Positions 10,156 to 21,075 of a stretch of DNA of 64,000 bases are shown piece by piece. The translations under genes were made by a program, and so were the position numbers. Within the stretch, counting starts at the first letter, position 1, and every line of letters starts with the position of its first letter. The notes under the pieces are model-generated. The model ran no database searches, was not told the origin of the DNA, and saw only the letters and a list, made by a program, of their open reading frames with translations. The stretch covers positions 5,049-69,048 of the forward strand of contig JAAWEK010000010.1 of NCBI GenBank assembly GCA_022794265.1, given 5' to 3'. The DNA comes from Lachnospiraceae bacterium (lineage in GTDB: Bacteria > Bacillota > Clostridia > Lachnospirales > Lachnospiraceae).

Positions 10156-11994
10156 ATGTGTGGATTTGCCGGATATATTACGACGGAAGGTGAGGGAGGA
10201 CGCTATCAGCCGGATCTGATGGAAATGATGAATTCTATAAAGCACCGGGGCCCGGATGATGAAGGGTTGCATGTGGATGATATGGCGGGACTTGGATTCC
10301 GCAGGCTGAGCATTATCGGTATTAGCAACGGAAAGCAGCCAATGTATAATGAGGATGGAACCATTGTGGTGACATTTAATGGTGAAATATATAATTATCA
10401 GGAGATTAAAGAGGATTTAATCGGGAAGGGACATATTTTTAAGACCGATGCGGATACGGAAGTTTTGGTGCACGGATATGAAGAATACGGAACGGAACTG
10501 TTGCAGAAACTGCGGGGAATGTATGCGTTTGCAGTCTGGAACCGTGAAAAAAAGGAAATGCTGATTGCCAGGGATATCTTTGGGATTAAGCCGATGTTTT
10601 ATACCCGGACGGACCATGATTTTGTATTTGGTTCTGAGATTAAGGCTATTATGAAATTCCCCAATGTAAAGAAGGAATTTAATGAGTTGGCATTAGAAAG
10701 TTATTTATCTTTTCAGTATTCCGTTTTAGATGAAACCTTTTATAAGGGTGTATTCCGGCTTCCTCCGGCCCATTATCTGCTTTGGAAAGACGGAGCAGTT
10801 GAAATTCAAAGGTATTATGAACCGGAATTTAATACTGATAAATCCATTACCTTTGATGAGGCAGTGGAACAGGTAAATCAGGTAATGGGAAACTCCATTG
10901 CTGCCCATAAGATTAGTGATACCGAGGTCGGCGGATTTTTATCCGGCGGTGTGGATTCCAGTTATATAGTTGCCAGAAGTAATCTGGATAAGACCTTTAG
11001 TGTTGGATTTGATTATCCAAAATGTAATGAGATACCATTGGCAAAAACTTTGTCGGATTATGTCGGAGTGAAAAATAAGAGTAAGCTGATTACCACTCAG
11101 GAGTTTTTTGAGGAACTTCCGAAAATTATGAATCATGTGGACGAGCCTTTATCGGATCCATCCTGTATTGCTCTGTATTTCCTGTGCAGACTTGCCAGTG
11201 AACAGGTGAAGGTGGTGTTGTCCGGAGAAGGTTCCGATGAGTTATTCGGCGGTTATAATATTTATAAATCTCCGCTGGCGCTTAAACCGATGATGAAGGT
11301 TCCGAGACCGGTAAGACGGGGAATGGCTAAGGTATTGAATAAACTTCCGATGAATTTTAAGGGCAAGAATTATCTGATTCGTGCGGGACAGGATTTAGAA
11401 GAACGTTATATTGGAAATGCTTATATTTATCATACAAATGAGGTTTATAAACTGTTAAAGGCACCGAAAAAGGTTCACACGCCTCAAAGTATTACTAAGC
11501 CGATTTATGATAAGGTCAAAGATAAAGATGATATTACAAAAATGCAGTATCTGGATATCAATACCTGGCTGTGGGGAGATATTCTGAACAAGGCGGATAC
11601 CATGAGCATGGCTCACTCGCTGGAGGTCAGAGTTCCGTTTCTGGACAAAGAAGTTGCAAAAGTAGCATTTCGTGTCCCGGTGGAGCATCGGGTAGATAAT
11701 CATGAAACGAAACGTTATTTCAGAAAGGCAGCCAATGAATTTATGCCGGATATCACTGCGGAACGTAAGAAGTTAGGTTTTCCGATTCCGGTAAGAAACT
11801 GGTTACGGGAGGATATTTATTACCGACTGGTGAAAGATACCCTGACCTCAAAGGAATCCCAACAGTTTTTCCATACGGATTATCTGGTGGATTTACTGGA
11901 TAAACATTTTACGGGAAAATGTGATAATTCCAGAAAAATCTGGACGGTTTATGCATTTATTCTCTGGTATCAGAAGCATTTCAGTGCAGCATAA
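10156..11994 (+). CDS. asnB: Asparagine synthase (glutamine-hydrolysing)
   Basis: MCGFAGY N-terminal nucleophile, the SGGVDSS PP-loop and the EGSDELFGGY motif. 612 aa. Confidence 0.93.
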   Translation: MCGFAGYITTEGEGGRYQPDLMEMMNSIKHRGPDDEGLHVDDMAGLGFRRLSIIGISNGKQPMYNEDGTIVVTFNGEIYNYQEIKEDLIGKGHIFKTDADTEVLVHGYEEYGTELLQKLRGMYAFAVWNREKKEMLIARDIFGIKPMFYTRTDHDFVFGSEIKAIMKFPNVKKEFNELALESYLSFQYSVLDETFYKGVFRLPPAHYLLWKDGAVEIQRYYEPEFNTDKSITFDEAVEQVNQVMGNSIAAHKISDTEVGGFLSGGVDSSYIVARSNLDKTFSVGFDYPKCNEIPLAKTLSDYVGVKNKSKLITTQEFFEELPKIMNHVDEPLSDPSCIALYFLCRLASEQVKVVLSGEGSDELFGGYNIYKSPLALKPMMKVPRPVRRGMAKVLNKLPMNFKGKNYLIRAGQDLEERYIGNAYIYHTNEVYKLLKAPKKVHTPQSITKPIYDKVKDKDDITKMQYLDINTWLWGDILNKADTMSMAHSLEVRVPFLDKEVAKVAFRVPVEHRVDNHETKRYFRKAANEFMPDITAERKKLGFPIPVRNWLREDIYYRLVKDTLTSKESQQFFHTDYLVDLLDKHFTGKCDNSRKIWTVYAFILWYQKHFSAA

Positions 11995-12047
11995 AAGGGA
12001 CATATAAAATATATGCGCCGCAGTATTACGGCGGAATGGAGGAAGAA

Positions 12048-12845
12048 GTGAGATTGACTACCGTTGCCAGTGGAAGCAGTGGGAATTGTATTTATGTGGG
12101 TTCGGACAGTACCCATGTCCTCGTGGATGCCGGCATTAGCAAAAAAAGAACGGAAGAAGGATTACATTCCTGTGACATAGATTTAAAGGATATCAGTGCA
12201 ATTATGATTACCCATGAGCATATTGACCATATTAACGGGCTGGGAGTGATTTCAAGAAAATACTCAATTCCAATTATGGCTACTCCGCTGACCGTACAGG
12301 CCATTCGGGAAAATAAAAAGCTGGGGGCGATACCATCTGAACTCTTTATAGAGGTTGCACCGGATGAACCCTTCCATGTGGGAGATATGGAGATTTGTCC
12401 TTTTCGCATCTCCCATGATGCAGTGGACCCGGTGGCATACCGGATTAACTGCAACGGACAGTCCGTTGCAGTTGCCACGGATATGGGAACTTATGATGAC
12501 TATACGATATCCAATCTGAAAGGCCTGGATGCCATTGTGCTGGAGGCTAATCATGATGTAAATATGCTTTTGGCCGGCGATTATCCTTATTATCTGAAGC
12601 AGAGAATTTTGGGTGATAAGGGACATTTATCCAATGAGTCATCAGGACGTCTGTTGGATGAAATATTACATGATAATTTAAAATACATTGCCCTTGGTCA
12701 TCTGAGCAAGGAAAATAATTATGAAGAGCTGGCATATCAGACGGTTACTACAGAAATAACGCTGAGTGACAGTTGTTATAAGGCCAAAGATTTTAATATC
12801 ATGGTAGCTAAACGGGATGTTTGTTCCGGGCTGTTAAGTATATAG
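12048..12845 (+). CDS. MBL-fold metallo-hydrolase (YycJ/VicX-like)
   Basis: ASGSSGNCIYV and the ITHEHIDHINGLG motif. The GTG 12048 start, 5 nt after GGAGGA, is preferred over ATG 12036. Confidence 0.8.
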   Translation: MRLTTVASGSSGNCIYVGSDSTHVLVDAGISKKRTEEGLHSCDIDLKDISAIMITHEHIDHINGLGVISRKYSIPIMATPLTVQAIRENKKLGAIPSELFIEVAPDEPFHVGDMEICPFRISHDAVDPVAYRINCNGQSVAVATDMGTYDDYTISNLKGLDAIVLEANHDVNMLLAGDYPYYLKQRILGDKGHLSNESSGRLLDEILHDNLKYIALGHLSKENNYEELAYQTVTTEITLSDSCYKAKDFNIMVAKRDVCSGLLSI

Positions 12846-12865
12846 GAAAGAAGAGGTTTTGGAAA

Positions 12866-13138
12866 ATGAAGAAATCAATCATAACCGTTGTAGGAAAGGA
12901 TACGGTAGGAATTATTGCGAAGGTATGTACATATCTTGCAGAAAATCAGATTAATATTTTAGATATTTCCCAGACGATTGTTCAGGATTACTTTAATATG
13001 ATGATGATTGTGGACATTAATAAGTCTGCAAAGGAATTTGGTGTAATTGCCGATGATTTGGCTGCAATAGGAACTGAAATCGGTGTACAGGTGAAGATTC
13101 AGCAGGAAGATATTTTTAATTCCATGCACCGGATTTAA
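12866..13138 (+). CDS. ACT domain protein (UPF0237 family)
   Basis: MKKSIITVVGKDTVGIIAKV...NILDISQT. It is paired with the downstream UPF0210 gene as in many Firmicutes. Confidence 0.85.
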   Translation: MKKSIITVVGKDTVGIIAKVCTYLAENQINILDISQTIVQDYFNMMMIVDINKSAKEFGVIADDLAAIGTEIGVQVKIQQEDIFNSMHRI

Positions 13139-13161
13139 AATGATTGAAGGAGTCCTTTGAT

Positions 13162-14526
13162 ATGATAAATATTTTTGAAGTGAATGAAACCAATAAAATG
13201 ATTGAGCAGGAGAATCTGGATGTAAGAACCATTACACTGGGCATCAGTTTGCTGGACTGTATTGACAGTAATTTAGAACAGCTGAATGAAAATATCTATA
13301 AAAAGATAACAACAGTAGCTAGGGAACTGGTTTCCACCGGACAGCAGATAGAGAAGGAATTAGGGATTCCCATTGTAAATAAGAGAATTTCCATTACACC
13401 GGTTTCACTGGTTGGTGCCAGCGCCTGCCATTCTCCGGAGGATTATGTAACAATTGCCAGGACGCTGGACCGGGCAGCCCATGAGGTGGGCGTGAATTTT
13501 ATCGGCGGTTTTTCCGCACTGGTCAGTAAGGGTATGACGTCTTCAGAAGAAAATCTGATTCGTTCCATACCGGAAGCGCTGGCATGTACTGAGCGGGTAT
13601 GCAGTTCCGTGAATGTGGGTTCCACAAAAACCGGAATCAATATGGATGCTGTAAAGTTGATGGGCGAAATTATACTGGATACGGCTGAAAAAACAAAGGA
13701 TTCCGATTCTTTAGGCTGTGCAAAGCTGGTGGTATTCTGTAATGCACCGGATGATAATCCTTTTATGGCAGGCGCTTTTCATGGTGTTACTGAGGCAGAT
13801 GCCATTATTAATGTAGGTGTCAGCGGTCCGGGAGTTGTCAGAACGGCACTGACAAAAGCAAGAGGTGCCAATTTTGAGGTGCTTTGTGAAACTATTAAAA
13901 AGACGGCATTTAAGGTGACCAGAGTGGGGCAGTTGGTGGCTCAGGAGGCTTCCAGACGTCTGGGTATTCCTTTTGGAATTATTGATTTGTCTCTGGCTCC
14001 TACACCGGCTGTCGGCGACAGTGTGGCAGATATTCTGGAGGAAATCGGTCTGGAGCGGGTAGGAGCGCCGGGTACTACGGCGGCTCTGGCATTGTTAAAT
14101 GACCAGGTGAAAAAGGGCGGTGTAATGGCCTCTTCCTATGTAGGCGGATTAAGCGGTGCGTTTATTCCGGTCAGCGAAGATCAGGGAATGATTGATTCGG
14201 TACAGGCAGGAGCGCTTACCATTGAAAAACTGGAAGCTATGACCTGTGTCTGCTCCGTAGGTCTGGATATGATTGCCATTCCGGGAGATACCAGTGCGTC
14301 TACCATTTCCGGTATTATCGCGGATGAATCGGCCATTGGTATGATTAACCAGAAGACAACTGCTGTCCGGGTGATACCGGTTATCGGAAAAGGGGTAGGA
14401 GAAGTAGTTGAGTTTGGCGGTTTGCTGGGATATGCGCCGGTTATGCCTGTTAACCAGTTCTCCTGTGAAGCATTTATCAACAGAGGAGGAAGAATTCCGG
14501 CGCCAATCCATAGTTTTAAAAATTAA
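13162..14526 (+). CDS. UPF0210/PFL-family protein (DUF711)
   Basis: [19 protein letters not shown] at the N-terminus. GAAGGAG lies before ATG 13162. Confidence 0.85.
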   Translation: MINIFEVNETNKMIEQENLDVRTITLGISLLDCIDSNLEQLNENIYKKITTVARELVSTGQQIEKELGIPIVNKRISITPVSLVGASACHSPEDYVTIARTLDRAAHEVGVNFIGGFSALVSKGMTSSEENLIRSIPEALACTERVCSSVNVGSTKTGINMDAVKLMGEIILDTAEKTKDSDSLGCAKLVVFCNAPDDNPFMAGAFHGVTEADAIINVGVSGPGVVRTALTKARGANFEVLCETIKKTAFKVTRVGQLVAQEASRRLGIPFGIIDLSLAPTPAVGDSVADILEEIGLERVGAPGTTAALALLNDQVKKGGVMASSYVGGLSGAFIPVSEDQGMIDSVQAGALTIEKLEAMTCVCSVGLDMIAIPGDTSASTISGIIADESAIGMINQKTTAVRVIPVIGKGVGEVVEFGGLLGYAPVMPVNQFSCEAFINRGGRIPAPIHSFKN

Positions 14527-14555
14527 TATTATTAAAACAACAGGAGCGTAAAGTT

Positions 14556-15083
14556 ATGGAAACAGAGCGATTAATTCTAAGAAATTTTATGGAAGACGAT
14601 TGTATCAGTTGTTTTCGTAATTTTGGAAAAGATAAAAGCATTGGTCAGTTTATTCCGTTATTTCCAATGCTGCATTTAGATGAAATGGAAAGACTTATTA
14701 AAACACTTATTCCAAATCTTAATGCATGGTTAATTATAGAGAAAGATACCGGACAGCCTGTGGGATATGTGACAATGGATATTCCGTATCATCAGCTGAA
14801 AATTGGTGAAATTGGGTATCTTATTGGAGAAAGATTTCAAAGAAAAGGGTTTGCGGGTGAAGCGATAGCAATTGTTCTTTATGAGTATTTTATGAATAAA
14901 GATTTATATATGATTGAGGCAAAATATATGGAATGTAATGATGGTTCTGCAAATCTGTTGAGAAATCTGGGTTTCCGTGAAGATGGCAGATTAAGGGAAA
15001 GAAGAATTGATTTTCAATCCGGTGACAGAAAAGATTTAATTGTCTGTTCCATAACGAAACAAGAGTTTTTAGCCGGAAAATGA
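14556..15083 (+). CDS. GNAT family N-acetyltransferase (RimJ/RimL-like)
   Basis: TERLILRNF..., IGYLIGERFQRKGFAGEA and RNLGFREDGRLRE. Confidence 0.8.
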   Translation: METERLILRNFMEDDCISCFRNFGKDKSIGQFIPLFPMLHLDEMERLIKTLIPNLNAWLIIEKDTGQPVGYVTMDIPYHQLKIGEIGYLIGERFQRKGFAGEAIAIVLYEYFMNKDLYMIEAKYMECNDGSANLLRNLGFREDGRLRERRIDFQSGDRKDLIVCSITKQEFLAGK

Positions 15084-16391
15084 ATATCTAAGCTCCGTAT
15101 GTGGTTGTTCATCTTTTATTATCAACCCCATCTGGTGTTCATTCGGAATATTTTGTTTATACTTCTCCATAGCCGTCATACGATAAATAGCATCTGCCCG
15201 CATGGAAAGATTTAATATATGTTTTCCTGATTCATCCAGTTTTGCAACGGAAGCAGAAAGTTTTGTAATTAAAGGAGTCTGGGTCTTCTTAATGGATTTA
15301 AGAAGACCGGCTCCTTTTTTGTTAAATCCAAGAACACGGATATAGGGAAACTTATCTGCCAATTCTATCTGCCAGACATCCTGCTGTTCCAGCTGAAGAA
15401 GCAACTGGAACAGTGTACGTCGGATATAAGCAGATGTAATACTTTTGGAGTTTAGTGTATTCACAAATGATGATATATCCACAAAAGAATCTAACTGATT
15501 AAATATCCGATTCATTATGGTATCAGACACATCAAAATATGGTTTCACCTCTGTGCGATGATTAAAATAAAGTTCATTCAGCCGATAGCCTATGCTGCCG
15601 GAGAAATCATTTTCTACAATAGGAAAAAACTGCTGATATCTTCTGGATAAAATCTCATGGGTATTTTCGGGAATATAATCATGATATGTACTATCAGAAT
15701 GTAGTATCATTTCCCGTATGGCAGTAGCGCTGGCAAATTTTCCATATTCATTTTCGCAGGTCTCTGTAGAATGATAGCCCGTATCGATTCTCTTCACCGA
15801 AATGGGACAGATGGAACTTTTTATTTTTTTTAAGGCGGCAAGATATTCAATGGCCAGAATATTATTGGGAGAACGCAGACATTGGGATAATTCCTGTTGG
15901 GATAGTGATATATTCCATTGTGCATCCTGAACGGACCGGATATATTCTATCAGGGCCAATTCCTTTGCATGGCTGAAAGCCTGTCCGGATTGAAGCTGTT
16001 TTTTCAGAATCCTTTTGTAAAGGGGAGGTTCCTTTAAAGAAATATCAGCTAAAGTTTTCAGCAATGGCAGAATATCGGTTTCGCATCCGAAGCACAGATA
16101 ATCCACGCACCCCAGACTGTTTAATATAGATACTGCACCGTGAGCAAATACGGAAGCCTTGGCCATGGAATAGCAGAAGGGCAGTTCAATGACTAAGTCG
16201 GCTCCATTTAATAATGCTGTTTCTGTGCGTGTAAATTTATCCAGGAAAGCAGGACCGCCGCGTTGGACGTAATTTCCGCTCATAATAACAATTATCTGCC
16301 CGGCGTTTGTTAATTTTCTTGCCTGTTCCAACAAATATTTATGTCCGTTATGAAACGGATTAAATTCTGCAATAATAGCTACTGTTTTCAT
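15069..16391 (-). CDS. tmcAL: tRNA(Met) cytidine acetate ligase (UPF0348/YlbM nucleotidyltransferase)
   Basis: MKTVAIIAEFNPFHNGHKYLLEQARK. ATG 16391 lies 7 nt after GGAG. The 3' end overlaps the GNAT gene by 15 nt. Confidence 0.85.
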   Translation of the reverse strand: MKTVAIIAEFNPFHNGHKYLLEQARKLTNAGQIIVIMSGNYVQRGGPAFLDKFTRTETALLNGADLVIELPFCYSMAKASVFAHGAVSILNSLGCVDYLCFGCETDILPLLKTLADISLKEPPLYKRILKKQLQSGQAFSHAKELALIEYIRSVQDAQWNISLSQQELSQCLRSPNNILAIEYLAALKKIKSSICPISVKRIDTGYHSTETCENEYGKFASATAIREMILHSDSTYHDYIPENTHEILSRRYQQFFPIVENDFSGSIGYRLNELYFNHRTEVKPYFDVSDTIMNRIFNQLDSFVDISSFVNTLNSKSITSAYIRRTLFQLLLQLEQQDVWQIELADKFPYIRVLGFNKKGAGLLKSIKKTQTPLITKLSASVAKLDESGKHILNLSMRADAIYRMTAMEKYKQNIPNEHQMGLIIKDEQPHTELRYSFSG

Positions 16392-16494
16392 AAAGTTCTC
16401 CAAATTGAAATGATTGGATTTATTATAGCATTTTGTTAAAAAATTATCAATAAAATGTACTAAATTTAGTACGTTTCAAATATTTATTATACGC

Positions 16495-16523
16495 TTGTAT
16501 ACAATAGACAAACATTGTATAAT
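16495..16523 (+). promoter_or_regulatory. Sigma-A type promoter for pta-ackA
   Basis: TTGTAT-17 nt-TATAAT. Confidence 0.6.
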
Positions 16524-16577
16524 TCTATTAGTATATGAAAAACGTATAAAACCATACGTTGAAAGGAGTCAGGAATC

Positions 16578-17582
16578 ATGGGATTTATTGATAAAATAAA
16601 GGAAAGAGCGAAAAGCGATATTAAAACGATTGTACTTCCTGAGTCGATGGACAGAAGAACCTTTGAAGCAGCGGAAGTGGTATTAAAAGAAGGAATTGCA
16701 AATCTGATTATTCTGGGAACGGAAGAGGTAATTGCAGAGAACAGTAAAGGACTGGATATTTCAGGTGCACAGATTATCAATCCGTACACCTATAAAAAAA
16801 CACTGGATTATATAGATGTTTTTTATGAACTGAGAAAAGCAAAGGGACTGACACCGCAGCAGGCAAAGGATACCCTGATGAATGATTATATGTATTATGC
16901 ATGTATGATGGTGAAGTTTGGAGATGCAGACGGTGTTGTATCCGGCGCTTGTCATTCCACTGCTTCTACGCTGAAGCCTTCGTTGCAGATTATCAAATCC
17001 CGGCCGGGAACGAAACTGGTATCCGGATTTTTTGTAGTAGTAGTACCGGATTGTGATATGGGAGCAGACGGAACCTTTGTATTTGCAGATGCAGGTCTGA
17101 ATCAGAATCCGAATTCGGAAGAGCTGGCTGCCATTACGGAATCTTCAGCCAAATCTTTCCAAATGCTGGTGGGAGAAAAGCCGATTTGTGCCTTACTTTC
17201 CCATTCTACCAAGGGAAGCGCCAAGCATCCGGATGTAACAAAAGTAGTGGATGCCGTGGAAATTTTAAAGAGAGATTATCCGCATATTACGGCAGACGGT
17301 GAATTGCAGTTAGATGCTGCTATTGTACCGGAAATAGCCAAATCCAAGGCTCCGGGCAGCAAGGTTGCAGGAAATGCCAACGTTCTGATATTCCCGGATC
17401 TGGATGCGGGAAATATCGGGTATAAACTGGTACAGCGTCTTGGAAAAGCAGAGGCTTACGGACCTCTGACACAGGGAATGGCAAAACCGATCAACGACTT
17501 ATCCAGAGGCTGCAGTTCTTCTGATATTGTAGGTGTTATCGCCATTACTGCGGTACAGGCCCAGAACAGACATATTATGTAA
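16578..17582 (+). CDS. pta: Phosphate acetyltransferase
   Basis: 334 aa. IVLPES.D.R...A, GDADGVVSGA and the INDLSRG motif. Confidence 0.93.
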   Translation: MGFIDKIKERAKSDIKTIVLPESMDRRTFEAAEVVLKEGIANLIILGTEEVIAENSKGLDISGAQIINPYTYKKTLDYIDVFYELRKAKGLTPQQAKDTLMNDYMYYACMMVKFGDADGVVSGACHSTASTLKPSLQIIKSRPGTKLVSGFFVVVVPDCDMGADGTFVFADAGLNQNPNSEELAAITESSAKSFQMLVGEKPICALLSHSTKGSAKHPDVTKVVDAVEILKRDYPHITADGELQLDAAIVPEIAKSKAPGSKVAGNANVLIFPDLDAGNIGYKLVQRLGKAEAYGPLTQGMAKPINDLSRGCSSSDIVGVIAITAVQAQNRHIM

Positions 17583-17612
17583 CATAAAGTAAGAAAGAAG
17601 GAATATAAGGTT

Positions 17613-18803
17613 ATGAATATTTTAGTAATAAATTGCGGAAGTTCTTCCCTGAAATTCCAGCTTATAGATTCTGAATCAGAGGAAGTGCTGGCAAAAGGAT
17701 TATGTGAAAGAATTGGTCTGGAGGGTGCCAGATTGGTTTATCAGCCAAAGGGGGGAGAAAAAGAGACAACAAATGTGGAAATGGAAAATCATAAGACGGC
17801 CATAGAGCTGGTGTTGTCTTCTCTTGTAAATCCTGAGACCGGAGTTATCCGCGATTTGGGCGATGTGGGTGCCGTTGGACACAGAATTGTTCATGGCGGA
17901 GAAAAGTTTTCTGGTTCCGTAAGAATTACGGAAGAAGTGATACAGGCGATTGAAGCATGCAATGATTTGGCGCCTCTGCATAATCCGGCAAATCTAATCG
18001 GTATCCAGGCATGTAAAGAGATTATGAAGGATGTGCCGATGGTTGCGGTTTTTGATACTGCCTTCCATCAGACCATGCCGGCAAAAGCTTATTTATACGG
18101 ACTTCCGTATGAATATTATACCGGATATAAAGTGAGACGGTATGGATTTCACGGAACTTCCCATAATTATGTTTCTCATAAAGCAGCAGAACTTTTGGGC
18201 AGGGCATATGGAGAAACGAAGACTATTGTATGCCATCTGGGAAACGGAGCCAGTATCTGTGCGGTACAAAATGGTGCTTCCGTAGATACAAGTATGGGAC
18301 TTACACCGTTGGAGGGTTTGGTCATGGGAACCCGTTCCGGAAGTATTGATCCGGCCATTATTGAATTTATCTGTAAAAAAGAAAACTTATCCGTGGATGA
18401 GGTAATGAATATTTTAAATAAAAAATCCGGTGTACAGGGAATTTCTGGCATTGGAAGCGATTTCCGGGATATCATCGATGAAATGAACAAAGGAAATGAG
18501 ATGGCTAAGCTTACCATGGAAGTCTATTGTTATAATGTTGCAAAATATATCGGGGCGTACACGGCGGCTATGAACGGGGTGGATGTGATAGTATTTACAG
18601 CCGGAGTCGGTGAGAATAATCCTGTGATTCGTAAAAAAGTCTGTGAATATTTCGGATATCTGGGAATTGATATCGACGATGTTCAAAATGAGAAACGGGG
18701 AGAGGATTTGGTAATTTCCACTTTGCAGTCGAAGGTGAAGGTTATGGTAATTGCCACGGATGAAGAATTAAAAATTGCCAGAGAAACACTGGCAAATATA
18801 TAG
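17613..18803 (+). CDS. ackA: Acetate kinase
   Basis: MNILVINCGSSSLKFQL, VGHRIVHGG, RRYGFHGTSH and FTAGVGEN. Confidence 0.95.
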   Translation: MNILVINCGSSSLKFQLIDSESEEVLAKGLCERIGLEGARLVYQPKGGEKETTNVEMENHKTAIELVLSSLVNPETGVIRDLGDVGAVGHRIVHGGEKFSGSVRITEEVIQAIEACNDLAPLHNPANLIGIQACKEIMKDVPMVAVFDTAFHQTMPAKAYLYGLPYEYYTGYKVRRYGFHGTSHNYVSHKAAELLGRAYGETKTIVCHLGNGASICAVQNGASVDTSMGLTPLEGLVMGTRSGSIDPAIIEFICKKENLSVDEVMNILNKKSGVQGISGIGSDFRDIIDEMNKGNEMAKLTMEVYCYNVAKYIGAYTAAMNGVDVIVFTAGVGENNPVIRKKVCEYFGYLGIDIDDVQNEKRGEDLVISTLQSKVKVMVIATDEELKIARETLANI

Positions 18804-18841
18804 GAATCGAATGCAAGGGAATAAAATCTTATAAAAAAATA

Positions 18842-18870
18842 TTGACAAAAAATGTGCCTATGGTTATAAT
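18842..18870 (+). promoter_or_regulatory. Consensus sigma-A promoter for yceD-rpmF
   Basis: TTGACA-17 nt-TATAAT, exact consensus. Confidence 0.75.
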
Positions 18871-18901
18871 AGTCAAGTGCGATTAGAAAAGAGGTATATT
18901 T

Positions 18902-19429
18902 ATGCTGATTGACTTATCTCAGCTTTTATCTGTAAATGATAAAAGTGAAGATATTCAGGCTGAGATTGAGATGGACAGGTTTCAATCAAAAATGACAGAT
19001 TACGTTATATCAAGGAAAGCACCGTTGCAGATTCATCTGATTAATATAGGTAAGAGAATGATAAGAATAGAAACAGTTATCGATATAACGTTGTTGATTC
19101 CCTGTGACCGGTGTCTGGAAGATGTGAAGTATGATTTGAACATCAAAGTGAATAAAGAAATTAATATGAATGAATCTGAACAGGAGAGAATCCAATCCTT
19201 AGATGAACTTTCATATATTAAAGATAATTCTTTAGATGTCGAACGTTTTGTCTATAATGAAATTTTGGTACATTTGCCTATGAAGGTTCTTTGCAGTGAG
19301 AATTGTAAAGGAATTTGTAATAGATGTGGGGCAAATCTTAATTCACAGACTTGTAACTGTGATACCACAGAATTAGACCCTAGAATGTCAAAAATTCGTG
19401 ACATTTTCAACAATTTTAAGGAGGTGTAA
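18902..19429 (+). CDS. yceD: YceD family (DUF177) ribosome-maturation protein
   Basis: CDRCLE...C.E.CKGICNRCGANLN cysteine pattern. It sits directly upstream of rpmF, the conserved arrangement. Confidence 0.85.
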   Translation: MLIDLSQLLSVNDKSEDIQAEIEMDRFQSKMTDYVISRKAPLQIHLINIGKRMIRIETVIDITLLIPCDRCLEDVKYDLNIKVNKEINMNESEQERIQSLDELSYIKDNSLDVERFVYNEILVHLPMKVLCSENCKGICNRCGANLNSQTCNCDTTELDPRMSKIRDIFNNFKEV

Positions 19430-19435
19430 CAGGCC

Positions 19436-19615
19436 ATGTCTATTTGTCCAAAGAATAAATCTTCTAAATCAAGAAGAGATAAACGTAGAGCAAACTGGAA
19501 AATGAGTGCTCCGAACTTGGTGAAGTGCAGCAAATGCGGAGAACTGATGATGCCGCACAGAGTTTGCAAAGCTTGCGGTTCTTATAACAAAAAAGAAATA
19601 ATTGCTCAGGACTAA
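19436..19615 (+). CDS. rpmF: 50S ribosomal protein L32
   Basis: Not in the ORF track (59 aa). My translation is MSICPKNKSSKSRRDKRRANWKMSAPNLVKCSKCGELMMPHRVCKACGSYNKKEIIAQD. GGAGG is upstream. Confidence 0.92.
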   Translation: MSICPKNKSSKSRRDKRRANWKMSAPNLVKCSKCGELMMPHRVCKACGSYNKKEIIAQD

Positions 19616-19682
19616 TATTCTGTGCGTAGAGAAATCAAGAGTTTGATGATATATTGAATTCTTGGTTTTTTTATTTTTCTTA

Positions 19683-19711
19683 TTGTATTATTTTTAGTAT
19701 TGTGATAAAAT
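19683..19711 (+). promoter_or_regulatory. Candidate promoter of the thl-etfA butyryl-CoA operon
   Basis: TTGTAT-17 nt-TAAAAT. Confidence 0.5.
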
Positions 19712-19717
19712 TAACAA
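19700..19717. promoter_or_regulatory. Candidate Rex (redox repressor) operator
   Basis: TTGTGATAAAATTAACAA compared with the clostridial Rex box TTGTTAANNNNTTAACAA. It overlaps the -10 element. Confidence 0.45.
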
Positions 19718-19812
19718 AGATAGTCCGAACATGTGAATTTATTTAATATAAGCCATTTCGCAGGACGGGCACGAATAATTAATTTATTAAATTCAATGGA
19801 GGTATCACATTT

Positions 19813-20997
19813 ATGTCAAAAAAAGTAGTTTTAGCAGGCGCATGCCGTACAGCCATCGGTACAATGGGTGGTTCTTTAAGTACAACACCGGCAGCCGATT
19901 TAGGTGCAATTGTTATTAAAGAGGCGTTAAACAGAGCAGGTGTTGCTCCTGAAAAAGTAGACCAGGTATATATGGGTTGTGTTATTCAGGCAGGTTTAGG
20001 CCAGAATGTGGCACGCCAGTCTTCTATTAAAGCAGGTTTACCGATTGAGGTTCCGGCTGTTACGATTAACGTAGTATGTGGTTCCGGTCTGAACTGCGTA
20101 AATATGGCAGCACAGATGATTATGGCCGGTGAAGCGGATATCGTTGTTGCAGGCGGTATGGAGAATATGTCCATGGCTCCGTACGCATTAAAACAGGCTC
20201 GTTTCGGTTACAGAATGAACAATAATACATTGGTTGATACAATGGTAAATGATGCGTTATGGGATGCTTTCAATGATTATCATATGATTCAGACTGCAGA
20301 TAATATCTGTGAAGATGAGAGATGGAAACTTACACGTGAAGAGCTGGACGAGTTTGCTGTTGCCAGTCAGACAAAAGCAGCGAAAGCACAGGAAACAGGA
20401 AGATTTGATGATGAAATCGTACCTGTTGAGATTAAGAAGAAAAAAGAGACCGTAATATTTAATAAAGATGAAGGTCCACGTCCGGGAACATCCATTGAAG
20501 GTCTTGCAAAGCTTCGTGCCATTAATCCGGGCGGAAAAGTTACGGCAGGTAATGCTTCCGGCATCAATGACGGTGCGGCAGCTATCGTTGTTATGAGCGA
20601 AGAAAAGGCAAAAGAGCTTGGTGTTACACCAATGGCAACATGGGTGGCAGGAGCGCTTGGCGGTGTGGATCCTTCTATTATGGGTATCGGACCGGTTGCA
20701 TCTACAAAGAAAGTTCTTGCAAAGACAGGTATGAGTATTGATGAATTCGATTTAATTGAGGCAAATGAGGCGTTTGCTGCACAGTCCATCGCTGTGGGTC
20801 GTGACCTTGGATTTGATTTATCCAAATTAAACGTTAATGGCGGTGCAATTGCACTGGGACATCCGGTGGGAGCATCCGGTTGCCGTATTCTTGTTACATT
20901 ACTCCATGAGATGCAGAAGAGAGATGCGAAAAAAGGTCTTGCCACATTATGTATCGGTGGTGGAATGGGCTGCTCAACCATAGTTTCCCGTGACTGA
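19813..20997 (+). CDS. thl: Acetyl-CoA acetyltransferase (thiolase)
   Basis: [12 protein letters not shown], the active-site region VCGSGL, and [22 protein letters not shown]. Confidence 0.95.
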   Translation: MSKKVVLAGACRTAIGTMGGSLSTTPAADLGAIVIKEALNRAGVAPEKVDQVYMGCVIQAGLGQNVARQSSIKAGLPIEVPAVTINVVCGSGLNCVNMAAQMIMAGEADIVVAGGMENMSMAPYALKQARFGYRMNNNTLVDTMVNDALWDAFNDYHMIQTADNICEDERWKLTREELDEFAVASQTKAAKAQETGRFDDEIVPVEIKKKKETVIFNKDEGPRPGTSIEGLAKLRAINPGGKVTAGNASGINDGAAAIVVMSEEKAKELGVTPMATWVAGALGGVDPSIMGIGPVASTKKVLAKTGMSIDEFDLIEANEAFAAQSIAVGRDLGFDLSKLNVNGGAIALGHPVGASGCRILVTLLHEMQKRDAKKGLATLCIGGGMGCSTIVSRD

Positions 20998-21075
20998 TGT
21001 TTAAAATAATGATAGGGAATTGTGCAGGCAATTCCCTGCATTTGATTATAGCGAATAAGGAAAGGAATTATCACA

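Noticed and set aside
20367-21074. 235-aa minus-strand ORF antisense to thl, and similar long antisense ORFs (41139-41717, 53888-54334, 57566-58024, 30753-31178)
   Set aside because: Each lies opposite a confidently identified gene and has a biased composition. They are classic antisense shadows.
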